Shown: positions 1 to 14,089 of the stretch, piece after piece
Layout of the letters: each line of letters starts with the position of its first letter
Numbering within the stretch: position 1 is the stretch's first letter
Assembly (NCBI GenBank): GCA_044892525.1
Contig: CM097885.1
Coordinates: forward strand, 67,270,001-67,334,000
Length of the DNA: 64,000 nucleotides
Direction: 5' to 3'
From: Schmidtea polychroa
Taxonomy: Eukaryota
Position numbers and translations under genes: made by a program
Notes under the pieces: generated by a model
What the model was told of the DNA's origin: nothing
What the model saw: the letters and a program-made list of their open reading frames with translations, nothing else
The model's database searches: none

Positions 1-477
1 GGTTCGAATCTCAATGGACAAGTTCAATCTAGTGAACACAAATCTAACAATCTAATGAATTTCAAATGTATTAACATTCCAGCTGAAGATTTATTCAAAA
101 GAAACAATTACCAATGTCTTAAGTTTTATTTAAAATTATTTTTAGACAGAAAATTTTCGTCGTCAGCGAAAGTAAATATTACTAGTAAATATTAACTTTG
201 AAGGATTTCTGCATGTCGAATTATTTTATAATCATTTATATTTATAATTTCATTAATTAATTTTTATTTATTAACGGTTTAAAAAATAAAACATTTTAAT
301 GTAATTTATTTATTTGTGAATAATCTTCAAAATAAGTGATAAATTACCATATTATAATGAAAATAAATGAAATTAATTCTAAACTACCTATTTGTTTGAT
401 TGTGTCAATAACGATTACTTTAAGGTTAATTCTATAAATATGCGAATTAATTTTAGAATGAGTTTATAGGATGGACA

Positions 478-933
478 ATGGCTGCAAAAATTTTATTGTT
501 TATTTTACCATTAAGTGTTTTGACTGTGGATTATCAAAATCCAGAATCTAATTCTGTTAAAGTAGATGAAATCGTTTTAAGAAACATTTACAATGGGAAA
601 TTAATTGGTGATTTTTTCATTTTTATTTCAAAGAACGCAATTGAAATTTTTTTTTATTTTAGGCTGCAAATACCAAAACTTGTGTCCAAATAATCGAGTT
701 TGTTATAATGGTAATTAAGATGAATTAATTTTATAAATGAAATTCGTTATAATTCTAGATCAGTTATTCGGTACTTGTGTAAGTCAATCGGATAATGCAA
801 ACTTCATATACGAATTGGTCGTTGAATTTCAAAATATTCTTGAATTGGCAATGAGAGATTTGTTTGAGGAAAATTTTAAATGGGGCGATTTTTACACTCA
901 GTGTTTTTTGCAATCGGTTTTAATGTCTTCAGA
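478..933 (+). CDS. PTPRN: IA-2 exons 1-3: signal peptide and RESP18-homology domain
   Basis: [16 protein letters not shown] is a signal-like N-terminus. Introns 608-662 (55 nt) and 711-758 (48 nt). Spliced [26 protein letters not shown]...[16 protein letters not shown] resembles the Cys-rich RESP18HD (GC..C..C.NDG.FG.C ... F.W.DD.TQ). Confidence 0.85.
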
Positions 934-3900
934 GTATTTTTTTAATTTTTGATTTTTATGTTTTATTTTTACATTTAATAGATATTTTTTAAATTCTAAA
1001 AAAATGAGTAAAAATTTTTTTATTAATTGCTAATTATTTGTATTTTTTAATATTTTTATTTTATATTTTGATTTTCGGAGCTGCTGAATGAATTTTATTT
1101 TTTATATGAATTATGAGGATATTCAAATATTTTTTATTAATTGAAAAATCTATTTACTGTTAATGATGATGGGTTGAATTTATTTTTATTTACAGTTATG
1201 GAAATAAATAAATAAACGAAAGAGATAACAGTGGAAAATTCTCATGTCAGTAGAGGTGTGGAAAAGTAATTGTATTTGCGGCATTACAAAAATAAAAAAA
1301 CATTAAAAAAGTAAATCAATAAATAAGCTTTTGCTGTAAAACATTTATTAAATGTAGAAATTTTCCATTATAAAATAATCATTTTCAATCTGACAAAATT
1401 TAGCTCGAATTGGTCAAGTGCTTACTGATTTTCTTTTATTATTCATTTTTTTGCCTTTTCATTGGCTTAAAATTAATTATANNNNNNNNNNNNNNNNNNN
1501 NNNNNNNNNNNNNNNNNNNNNNNNNNNNNNNNNNNNNNNNNNNNNNNNNNNNNNNNNNNNNNNNNNNNNNNNNNNNNNNNNNNNNNNNNNNNNNNNNNNN
1601 NNNNNNNNNNNNNNNNNNNNNNNNNNNNNNNNNNACAATGTATGTATGCCCGCTCTTGACTCGGGAGTGGTTAGAGCTATCGTTTTGAAACTTTCGTTAT
1701 TTGGTAGATACTTTGTTAATGAGGAACGCTATTGTTTGTGAGGTCGATCGGGCGATAGCTTCAGTTATTTTAGTGAGCAGAAGTGAGGTAAAGTCGGATT
1801 TTTTAGAATTTTTTTCATACATTTTCTAACATTACTCAATTTATACTCGTACTATTGTGCTGAAATTTTGCTATACGGTAGATAGATCTTAGACGAGGAA
1901 CCCTATTGCTTTTTTAGTGCATCGGTAGATGGCTTCAGTTTTTTAAGTGAGCTGAAGTTTAATTTTTCATACATTTACTATCATAGTTGTATATATGTAT
2001 TATTAATGCTATTGAGTTGATGTAACCATGAAATTTAGAGTATTTATTTATGTTTCAGACAATGTATGTATTGCAACGTAATGTAAAATAAATACTTTGC
2101 ACATTATAATTATTTTTTTATAAATCAATATAGTTTTGATTATCATAAATAATATAAAACAATAAAGTGATAATTTAAGTCTTTTGCTGCGAATGATGTA
2201 TTTAATGAAAAGATTTTCGACTATAAGATTGACAAGGACTATCTTATAGTCGAAATTTTTTCATTAAATACATTATTCGCAGGAAAAGGCTTAAATTATC
2301 TTTTTATTGTTTTAAATAATAAATGCTGCTACGAAGAAATCATCACTTTATACCATAAATAATATAAATAGAGATGAAATTTTGTAATAATACACTTTTT
2401 CATTAATTTGAATTTTTTTGTAAGTTAATGTTTTTTCTATAAAATCGTAGTTGTGTATGAAGATTTCTTGAGGGGCATTGCAACATATGCCGGGATTTCG
2501 CTAAATATAAAATTGTAAATATAATATTAAAATAATTATTAACTTTTCAGATGTTTAAAAATTTTAATTTACTTTTTTATTTTAAACCAATAAAAAGGCA
2601 GGAAATTAGTATGAAAGGGAATTTTTTCTAGATTATGAGATATATGGAAAAGTATATTATTTAATGGATTCATTAATTACAATATTTTGAATATATTTCA
2701 TTTTAAAAAGTTGGAAATATATTTGTGAATTCTGTGAAACTTATTTTTAATAAATGGTTTTTGTATTTTTCGAATGACTAACTGGATAAAATGAAGTTTC
2801 AAAGTGATATACAGTGTTATTTCTAATTGTGGACTAGTTTTGAGCTTGATTGGTGGTTCTTATTGGCTCTAAGCAACTTTATGACTGGACCCTAAAATAG
2901 AATCACCTCAATATCAGACCGCATAAAATCATGCAACTAGTTTGTAAATATAAATTTATATAAATAAACTTGATAAGAGCGATATACAAAAAATATGAGA
3001 TATTTGATAAGGTCTGATGACAGAGGTAAGATTCTATTGTCTAGTCACAAATTTATTGGCTTTGATCCCGGGCAAGATCGATTTTCTTATATGGCACCGA
3101 TAAAATCCAAATAAGTCCGTAACTAATCGCAAACTAATTAGGAATCGCATTGAACATCACTTTAAAACTACTAAATTTAGAATATACTGTAGTAGCCCGA
3201 ATATAACGCGACAATTTTTAACATTTTATTTTTATTAAATTTTGGTTTAAATTAATTAAATTTATTGTCATGAATATAACCTATGTATTACTTTTAATTA
3301 CCTAACCAAACGCTTATCTGATTGAATTTCCCTTAATTTTAATTTTTTTATGAGTATTTTTTTTCTAAATTCGGGGTCGCATTATATTCGGGCTAATACG
3401 GTATTTAACTGGCGATTGTTGATCAATCATAAGAGTTCATCTTTCTAATCTCTTCTTTATTCTTATTATTTTTAACTTTAGATTTTTTATTATGTTCAAA
3501 AGCTGGCGCAAGCGTACAGGTACGTAGGGTCGATTGGTCAGGGGTTTAATTCAAGGTTTTTAATTACCTGCATATTTTTAAAATCTTTTTTATCCAAAAT
3601 ACACGGGCTTTCGGCAATGGTTTGTTTTGATATGAAAAGATACCTTATTATTATAAACACCTTATTAGATTACCTTACCTTGTATGGATTCTACTTGGAA
3701 TAAGTTTGATTTTTATGCCTAGAATTGGCTTGATTTTTGATAAATTTATAGATTCAAGTTTTTAAAGCTATTTTCATTTATTCTCTTCATATATTTGGTC
3801 TCGACACAGGTTTTCTTTTAATCCATCATTTTTATCATTGAAATCTCACAATCAAGAACTTTTTTTCACTCTCAATTCAAACGTTGCGAATCGCTTATTT

Positions 3901-6900
3901 GTTCTAGTTTCATGTAAGCTCATTCATCAATTTTATCGACAGTTTAATTCAGTTACGTGAATGTGTTGATAAATCAGCTTCTTACATCTTTGTTAGTGAT
4001 GACCATTTTTTTGTTATCTTTCCATAGAAATTTAGTTTCTTCCGTTAGTCTCTTCCAATAAGTTTTCTGATAGTAAGTTAAATTATATCTTGCTTGTTTG
4101 TTCCAATAATATAAAATCAACTGTCTTCACTGTTTCCTTGTGATTGCATTGATATGTTCACTTTTAGATTGGTCGCTAGTAATGAGATTTTCAAAAAAAA
4201 TACATTCAATTGTACAATAATATTAAAACATAAATATTATTGTTTAATAAGTATCACTTCAATATTAATCACCTAACAGTTATTTTATGACACAAATGAT
4301 TTTAAAAACTTGAGTTAATTAATTGACTAAAAATGTTTAGAAAAAATATTGCTCTCAAAAGATAATAAATATTATTATTTAATAACTCTTACATATTTTT
4401 ATGCATATTCTCAAGTTAAAAAAGCTTTTGTAATTTAGTTTTATTAACACATTGTATGCGGGAAACGTACTAGTACGTTTTTTTACGATTAGCACTTGAG
4501 CGCGGGTCCCGTACTAGTACGTTTTTTGAATTACTGACATGATTAAAAATCGAATACTTTTTTTTGGTTTATTGTTTTGTTTTGTTATTTATTATTTTGG
4601 TAAGTTGATGAAAACACGGCCTAGTCCATTTTCAGAGACCGACTGTAGCGGTCACTATACCACCATTTGAAGAAATTAAAAAAATATATAATGTAATTCG
4701 AAAAAATTAAAACTATATATTTATATTTAAATTTTCATATTTACGATATTATTATAAATGTTCCCACCAAAATAAGAAACGTTGGTTAAAAATTTAAATA
4801 ATTTTCAATTTATTGAGATTTTACTGAAAAACTAAATTTTCCCAAAAAAACCCCGCTACAGCACAAATCCGCCAAAAAATGTACCCACATACAATGTGTT
4901 AAGAATTTGTGTTTTCCGGTTGTTAATTAAATTGCTTATTTTAATTTAATGAAAAAAAGTATATTATTAACAAACAATTGGTTGTCCTGTGAAGTTATTG
5001 TCCTTAAGAAATTTGAAAAGGAAAACAGGAAATATGAATTGAAAACATGTTAAACCACGTTATAACATGCAAAATACAGAAGCAATACATGCGTTATAGC
5101 CTAGTTTTAAGTTGCACGAAACTTGATGAAATTTGGTATATAGACTTATAGATTATGAAGTTCATAAGTCTTCCCGTAATTTTATGTAGTTGGAAAATAT
5201 TGTTTTCATTGTAAAGAGGCCTTACATCCTAATGACTTTGTAAATCCAATATTTTCTCAAATGCCTTTACCCACTTATTCCGTTTTCTAGTACAGTAGAC
5301 TCTTGATTATCTAGAATGATAAGGAAAGGAAAGAACTTCAAATTATCTATCAAAAAATAATTTGGAAAAAAATAATAAGAAATCCAATTTCTTTTAAATT
5401 ACGACAGCAACGAAGTTTATTCTTCTCTGTTATCAACCAGTTATTTCCATGACTTTGGATATTTGAGTGTCTATTGTTCATCTAAAAAGTAATAGTACTG
5501 AATTATATATACGATTGAAATAAACTAAATAAAAATAAAGTAGGTAACATAATTTATGAACTTATGAATATTTTTACCTTCATATTTGATTATAAAAATT
5601 CTTATAAGAAAACTTTTACTCAACATTAGGTTATTCCCAAAATTTAGTTGACATTTTTGTTAGGATTAGGTCTAGAGGAAGTTATTTGTTTGCAGGAGTT
5701 AAATAACTTTCATAATTAAAATTTACTTTATTTACTGGTGGAAATGATAGTTATAAAAGAATAATACATTTTATTTAATAAACTAGTACGGCAAAGTTTT
5801 ATTTCTGATTGTATATTTAGATTTTATAATGGAAAATATTTTCTTACCTTGTTATTTACTAAGCCACTACCTTTTAATAAGCCTTTACTATTTACTAAGT
5901 CTTTTTCAGTTACAAAAATATTTTGAAACTTTTCTAAGACAGTGACTTATAACACGAAAACAGGGTAAGTAACTATTCTAAAGTATATTAAAGCTACACT
6001 CACAATTTACATTTCTACTCTTAAGGTTTACTATGATATTTTTTTCTGTATATTTCTTATATAGTTCAGCAACTATCAATATGAACATAGACTTTTATCT
6101 CACTCATGACCAACTTATTAAACAAAAAAAAATAAAAATTCGTCTGTATTGACTTTTAACCTAATAAATGATAGTATGAAACTGGAAGTTTTTTTATTTG
6201 CCAGTCAATTGGAACTAATAATCACTGATTATCTTAAATATTTAATAAATTATAACATAAATCTTTTCTGCAAGTTTTTAGCTTTATTAAATGAGGATTT
6301 TCAATTATGTAAAGATTATTTCATAATTGAAAATTCTCATTAAATAAACTTAAAACTTGAGATAAAGACTTAGGGTTACCACCTTTTTCCTGACCGATAT
6401 ACAAACACTCAAACCAATTAAAAAAATAATAATTTAAATAAAAAATCAATTTTATAATAAGTGTTTCAATAATATTTATTTAAATATTAATATTAAATGT
6501 ATAAAACGAAAAAACAAAAAATTAAAATTAGCACTTTTTATTTCATAATATATTAAATAAATATTTCAGTCATTATGAAAGAATTATCACTTCTTCCAGA
6601 TATATTTTTTGTTACTTTTGGCAGCCTCAAGAAGCTTTGGTTTAGTTTTTATATAGTCATAAAATTCTGAGCAAGACATTTCAAAATTTAATTTCAGTTG
6701 TAGTTCTGCTTTAACAATTTCTTAACAGTTAGGCTAACCTACTGAAAATTTTTAAGAGCACAATATTTACCCTTCAGACAAATTGAAGAAAACTCGTTAC
6801 AAAAACTTAACTTTAACTTTTATTAACAAACAGTTAGTGGCATTAAGTTAATGTAAAACTATATTTTTAAGCTAAATTAATTTTTTTTTATTTTTTTACA

Positions 6901-9900
6901 TGGAATTTAATTAATTGATACAATAACCGAACATTTTAACGTTCGGTCTGGGTGCCAAATGAACAACGAACAATTCATTTGATTGCCGAACTGTTCGTGC
7001 GAAAACCGAACGGGTGGTAAGCCTATAAAGACTTATTATATCATTTATTAATTATTTAACATTTAATTTATGCTACTACCAAGAAATTATCATTTTCTAT
7101 TTAAAAGTGCTCCATTTTAGAAACTGATAAATTTTTTCTTTGATTTCTAAAAAAATATTTTTTCCAGTTCAATCCTTTTTTAATTGGTTTAATTTTTGCA
7201 TTTTCGCAACATTATTAACTCAATACTTACATCAATTAAAACTCACTAGGAAATAGCAAAGTACTGCAGTGAAAATAATTTTCATCATTTTTACTATTTT
7301 ATATAGATAAAGAGAATTATATATAAAATATTTTCACAATTATATTTAGTTTATAAAAAGAAATATTGCCACATATTTGCGGTACCTCATTCAATATATT
7401 TTTATTTTTTGATGTGCTTAATTTTTAAAAACTAGGCAACACATTAGTTAATAATTATAATAATTTATGAGTTAAGATAAATTAATAATGATAAAAATAT
7501 AATAATAAATAAATTTATCAATATTAGTGTTACTTTGTGTTAAATATTCATATCAGTAAAAATCTTTATTTTTTTAGTAACCTTTAATCTGTTTTTCATT
7601 TTTATTTTCATTTTGACAAAAGATCAATTATTTTTTATTATTATAACACAAAATCTACATGTAGATTTACAAGAATCAGGGCCTTTTATGTTTTTTATAA
7701 TTTTTATTGTCGTTTTTTTAAAACAAAATATACGTAACTAATGCTAATTTTTTAAAGTTTATATATTTACCAGAGAGAATTCTTTAGTTTAACTTAATAA
7801 ATTTCGTTTTTCTAAGGTTTTTTTGTGGTGATGATAGAATGTTTAAACCTGAAGCCCGCATAATAGGTATCGCAAGAAAAAACATTTTCCGTAATCTCTA
7901 TGCACGTAAAAGGTTTATTTTAACAAAAGAGTAAAATTTTAATCACATCATTTCTTTAAACACAATTTAAAGTCATTAAATTCTTGATACAATTATCTAT
8001 AATGTTTTTATATCAAGAACATTTACAACTAAATTTTTCAGTTTAAGCCGCTGGAGCTTTAACGTGTATTTGGGTAAATAATGAATTTAAATAGGAGAAA
8101 CAGAAGACGGATTATTAAAAATTTTTCATGGATAAAATTATTTTTAATTCCTGCGATATACGAACTCTTGCATTCCCGATTCAATTAATTTTGTTTTACT
8201 GAAATGCTATTAATCATCCTTTATTGATTGTTTATGATTTGTTTTATTCCTAGGATAATGTTCAATTTATTTTTAGATTTTATATTCTAATTAAAAACCA
8301 TTAATTTTTGGGCTTTTTGTAAAAGACAAATCTATTTTGTTGGTCGGTTTTGTTGAAATTTTGATCATTCATTTTATGGCAATGAATTGGATTTATTTAG
8401 AATTTTTAATTTTAAATTTATTGCATTTAAAAGATCAATGACTGTTTGAGATATATACAAGAATTTATAGGTTTATAAACTTTTATAAGTCAAGAAAAGA
8501 TTGACCCATCATTCAATATTCTAGGGGATAGTTCTATATATCTGTCCATTCTACCTTATCATTTCATATCTCGGACGAAGTTCTGGTTTTGAGATACAAT
8601 AACGAAAAATAATAATATAATAACTAACCGTGGAGCATATAAATAAGTAAATACCTGAATAATTTTCATTAAAATAGTTAAAATTATATTTCTTTACTTT
8701 TTTTTGTTTCTCGTGAATATATTTTTCTGGAAGATGTTCATACAATTTTATAGTTTTATAGAAACAAAAATCAACCCATAAAAACACAGTTTTTAGTATA
8801 AATTCTTTAAGCACCAAATCTGTTAAGGTCAAGTACATGTTTTCAAAATTTTAAGTTTTAGCGCTGTAAACACAACTTCGATGTGTTTGTGTCTGAAAGT
8901 GGCACCAAAATTATAATAAATTTAGCACAGCCTTTATCGAGTGTTCTAAATGATTTCCCAATATATTCACGCTCAATAAAGCACTGATTCTCAACTTTTT
9001 TTTTGATTTGAGGAACACCTGTAAAAACTTAAGAATTTTTATGGCATAAAAGTTGTATGTAATGTAATTCTTGTTAATTTGTTATTGTTGTTCCCCTTTT
9101 TCGCTAACAAATGAAGAAAACCAAATTTCTTTCAAATTTTCAGTTTTAAAAAATATTTTTCAATCGCTAAGGAGTAAATTTTATTTATTTATATGCGTCA
9201 ACGTATTGAAATTCTTTTTTTATTGACATACTATGATAAATTGGATTTTAAAAAGTTTTTAAAAGTTTTTACAATAAAAAAAATAAACGAGTTGAGAATC
9301 ACTACAATAAAGACTCTTGCAAATTTCTAGTTATTCTTCAAATTTCATTGACCTATTGTCATTAACCAACAATCAAAATATATGGGATATAATTTGTAAT
9401 TGTGATAAAATTATTTTTAATTCTTAGGAATTTCAATTTCATTTTATATTTATACCAATAATTTATAATAATCGTTTCACTATCTGAATTTATTTATCTA
9501 TTTATCTATTCTTGATATGACACATTTTAGACAAATAGAAAACACAATTAATCTCCATCTGAATTAACAAAATACTCCATTTTCTCTGTAAAATGGATGC
9601 AAATAACGTTTAAATTTGCTTCTAATTTAAATTTGTGTTTATTAGATTGCAACAATTTCTCGACATTCAACATTGTAAACCGACAATTGATCCATTAATT
9701 GCTCTTGACCCAGAGAATTTACAACTTGATCAATCGCAAAAGAAAGAAGATTTAGAAATAGTGGTTCCGAGAATTTACACTCGAAAACAAAAGTCTCAAG
9801 GAAGTGAAGCATTTTACAACAAAATTCGTGAAATGTTACATCAAATCCAAGACAAGAAACGCATTGATTCGCAATGTGAATTTTCGGATTTCTTTTAGAT

Positions 9901-12900
9901 GTAAATCGATCTTAATTTTCAGATGAAAATCGAGAAATGATCAATCCCAAATCAAACAGTGAAGAAGCGAAATCTGTGACAAAGGTTAATTACGCAGGTG
10001 AATCACTGATTTTGGGTTTTCTTTTCATTTAAAAAAAATTTCCTTAAGATCCAAAACTTATTCGGAAAGTATTAAAAGTCGCTAAAAGAAGATCGAATGA
10101 TTGGGTTTGGTTAAAATTTAATAAAAAGTAAAATTCAACAACTGACTTTTTTGTTTTAATGAATTGATTAGCTATTGTTTGTTTATTTATTTTTAATTAA
10201 TTAGTTAATTAATTAAATAAATAAATTATAAAATAACCCTTTGATGTATATTTTGAATATTATTAAATGAGCATAGAATAATCTTTTAAAAAATTACTGG
10301 AATGTTTTATGACACATTTTGTTTGTAATTTATTATAAGTATTTTGATTGGATATAAATCTGACTTCATTAATATAAAATTTAAAACATAAATCATTTCA
10401 AATTTTGTTAAAGTAATTTTAAAAATATTTAAAAAATAATTCTAAAGTATTATTATTAAAAATTTGTGAAACTGAAAATTTTTTATGGATTTTTCTTATA
10501 ATTTTTATTTTTAATTTTTTTAAAAAATTTTTAAATTTTTAAAAAATAATTCGAGAGAATTGCTCGTAAAAATATGTGATACAATAAAAATTCTTTATTT
10601 TAATTTTATTCCTTTGATTTGATTTTTTTAATTTTCTAAATGTTTTTAAAATATTTAAAAAATAATCTGAGTATTATTATTAAAAATTTGTGAAACTGAA
10701 AATTATCTATTGGGATATAATTTGTAATTGTGATAAAATTATTTTTAATTCTTAAGTATTTCAATTTCATTTTATATTCATACCAAAATTCACACAAAAA
10801 TTTGTGAAACTGAAAATTATCTATATTTATTTTATGGATTTTTCTTTTAATTCTAATTTCTAATTCTTAAAGTATTTTTAAAAATAATCTGAGAGAATTA
10901 TTCATAACAATTTGTGAAATAGTGAAAAATTTTAATTTTATTCCTTTTAATTTAATTTTTTTAATTTTCAAATTATTTTTAAAGATATTTACTCCAAAAA
11001 CTTTGTGAAACAGCGAAAATAATTTCTTCCTTGGAATCAAAAAATAATCCGGTTTAACAATTTCATTTACTTTTTCGCCAATTTTGGATGTTAGTTGAAA
11101 TATTTCTTTAATTATTTGATGGAAGGAAATAATTTTCTCCATTTTATAATTTTAAGAGAAATTTTCTCAGTTTATTTGTTAGAGATTCATAGAACTTATG
11201 AAATTACTTGAAAGAAATTTTTAAAATTTTAAAAACTTAGAGTCATTCTGAATTTTAAGTTGACTTCAATATCACACATTTTGAAAACTTTGGCTAGATT
11301 TGATATACAATGAAATCATGAACAGAATACTGAATAAATATAAAAATTAATAGAAAACATAGAAAACATAAATAACAAAAATAACAAGCAGAAAATTTAG
11401 GTTGCATAGAATTAAATATTGATTTTTCGCCAGAATGAAAATAAATGAAATATCATCAACAAAAATACCATTGTAAATATTAATTAAAAATATCAAATTT
11501 ATAGCATTTTCATAATAAATTCAACTATTGTCATAATAAACAAAAGCCATGTACAATTTATAATAACTTTTAAACATACAATCAAAAACAAATTCTCAAA
11601 AAAGTTTGAAGGATTATTATAATAAAAACCCAAATGTTTCAAATCATTCTAGGAAAATAAATCCGCATTTTTGTTTTCTGACAATTTTCTGAAATCTGTT
11701 AATATTTTTAAAACGCAACTCACCTAGTTAATGTATTTTAATACATTATATTGTAAATAATCGACTCATATAAAACTGAATATTACCATTGCATAGAATC
11801 GTGTAAATTTTGAATCAGCTGAAGCTATGGGATTTTGGTAATATTTCATTAAAATGAGTCGCGGTATTCGGAGGATTAAAAAAATTGAAAACAATAAAAT
11901 TACAAAATTAAAAAAGCCTCAAAACATTAAAAATTAAAGGATAAAATTTTAAATGTTTTTAAAAGATTTTTAAGTTTTAAATTTTGTGTTTTAGACTTTA
12001 TATTAAATTTGTCAGATTTATTGTCAAATCAAAATGCAGATAACATTCTAAAGAAACGGAATCACTTATTAAATATTTCAGGGATTTTCTAATGTAAATT
12101 GAATAGGATTATTTCATAATCGATAATTTATTTATCCTATTATTTTTTGATTATTATATATTTAATTTTGGCTGCTACCAAGATAACNNNNNNNNNNNNN
12201 NNNNNNNNNNNNNNNNNNNNNNNNNNNNNNNNNNNNNNNNNNNNNNNNNNNNNNNNNNNNNNNNNNNNNNNNNNNNNNNNNNNNNNNNNNNNNNNNNNNN
12301 NNNNNNNNNNNNNNNNNNNNNNNNNNNNNNNNNNNNNNNNNNNNNNNNNNNNNNNNNNNNNNNNNNNNNNNNNNNNNNNNNNNNNNNNNNNNNNNNNNNN
12401 NNNNNNNNNNNNNNNNNNNNNNNNNNNNNNNNNNNNNNNNNNNNNNNNNNNNNNNNAAAGAAAGGGAAGAAGGATGAACACATTGGAAAATTAATATAAA
12501 ATTATAATCTCTATATGTTATATGAATCCAAACGTTTCGGGTAAGAGAAAATTGAGATGATGAAAAATCATCCAATTTAATCAAACTTCCTACAATATAT
12601 ATTTATCTTTTAACTGTTTTGTTAATTAACTTGAAATAAATATATCTATTTTCTCAATATTTGAGATTTCCATCTTTTCACAAGTTAAAATAGTAAATTC
12701 TGCGAGAAGACTCTCCATTAATAATCTTATCCATTCACAAACAGCTTTTGAAGATCTAACCAATTTTTATATAAATGTAAAATAATTTCTTTTTTATAAA
12801 TCTAAAATATAATTTATTTATCAACAAATTGAATTTCCACAAGCATAAATAAGCTACGTTTCAATAAGAGAAAAGAATAGAGGCTGTAGAAATAACAATT

Positions 12901-14001
12901 CCTAAATGGTTGTCTATTCATACGGTGATATCATATTAAACACAACTACATGGTAAATATGAATTCAATTACATGTTTAGGGAATAAATGTGTGACCACT
13001 TTGTTGTTTTAATGAGACGTCAAACGTGTTTACAACTCCAAAATAAATATCATTATCATCCTTTATAAATATAACATTTACAAATTTCTCTGAATTTACT
13101 CTGTGTTTATTTCGAATCAGTCTTCTTTTTAATTTTACAGGATAAATTACTATGGTATCTCCTTACTTAAATTAATTTTCTTTATTTTAATTTGTCTTTT
13201 AATTTCTCCCTAACACCTTTTTTCGTATTTCATAACTGAAATAATCTCCTTACGAATCGAATAATATGGGATCCATACACTTCCTGTGCTGAAAAGATTT
13301 CTTTGTAGTATATTTGTAATAAATTAGTTATTAAGAAGTGAATTGTTTCTCATCAATTTTTTTGCTTTCTGAAAGATTAGCAATGTCTATGTCTTTTTTT
13401 TTGTTAGTTCAATCAATGGCGGTTTCCTGGAACTGTTCCTTTTAACAAAGCCACATTTATTTGAAATTCTTTTTGCAGTTGATCTTGGATTAAAACAAAT
13501 ACTTCTTTTATTTATTTTCATATATTTTATTGGTCAGACAGGTTTTGTAGATATAATATGTTGGTTGGTCTTCTAAAATTAACAGTAACTAAACATAATC
13601 TTTTATTGTTATTATTGTTTATTTTTTTTAAATTTAATTTTGATTGTTCCCCTTTTGAATTTATTATTGGTAAAATTTGTAATTTATTTTCTCATGTTTG
13701 ATTAAATATAAATTATCTTGATCGTTATATAATATTATTTTATAATATATGATACAACAATAGATATATGTTGAACTTATTTTAAATTTATTTAAAATCT
13801 TTTTTAATTTTAAATGGTTTTTTTAATGTAAATAAAAGATGAAAAATAATCTTGTTTTAATTGATTTTTTTCTATTACGAAAGTACTTGATGGACTTTAT
13901 TGCATTTCTTTAGGATAAGCATTAGTGATCAGCCGAAAATTTTAAATTCTGTAATTAACTCAATGCCGAATTCTGTGAATATTGTTAAGTACGAGTAAGG
14001 A

Positions 14002-14089
<88 letters not shown>

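Noticed and set aside
3014-3050. CTGATGA hammerhead-core-like word
   Set aside because: No stem II followed by GAAA. The similar words at 82, 163 (minus strand), 21899 and 37885 also fail.
7800-8900. Possible LINE 3' remnant on the minus strand
   Set aside because: No motif clear enough to support a call by eye.
11797-11839. Candidate IA-2 exon [13 protein letters not shown]
   Set aside because: It starts in phase 0, but a phase-2 start is required, and it shows no clear similarity to the missing domain segment.
12140-12584. ORFs containing long X runs (also at 1410, 20384, 48649, 56515, 57970, 58774)
   Set aside because: Artefacts of translating N gaps.
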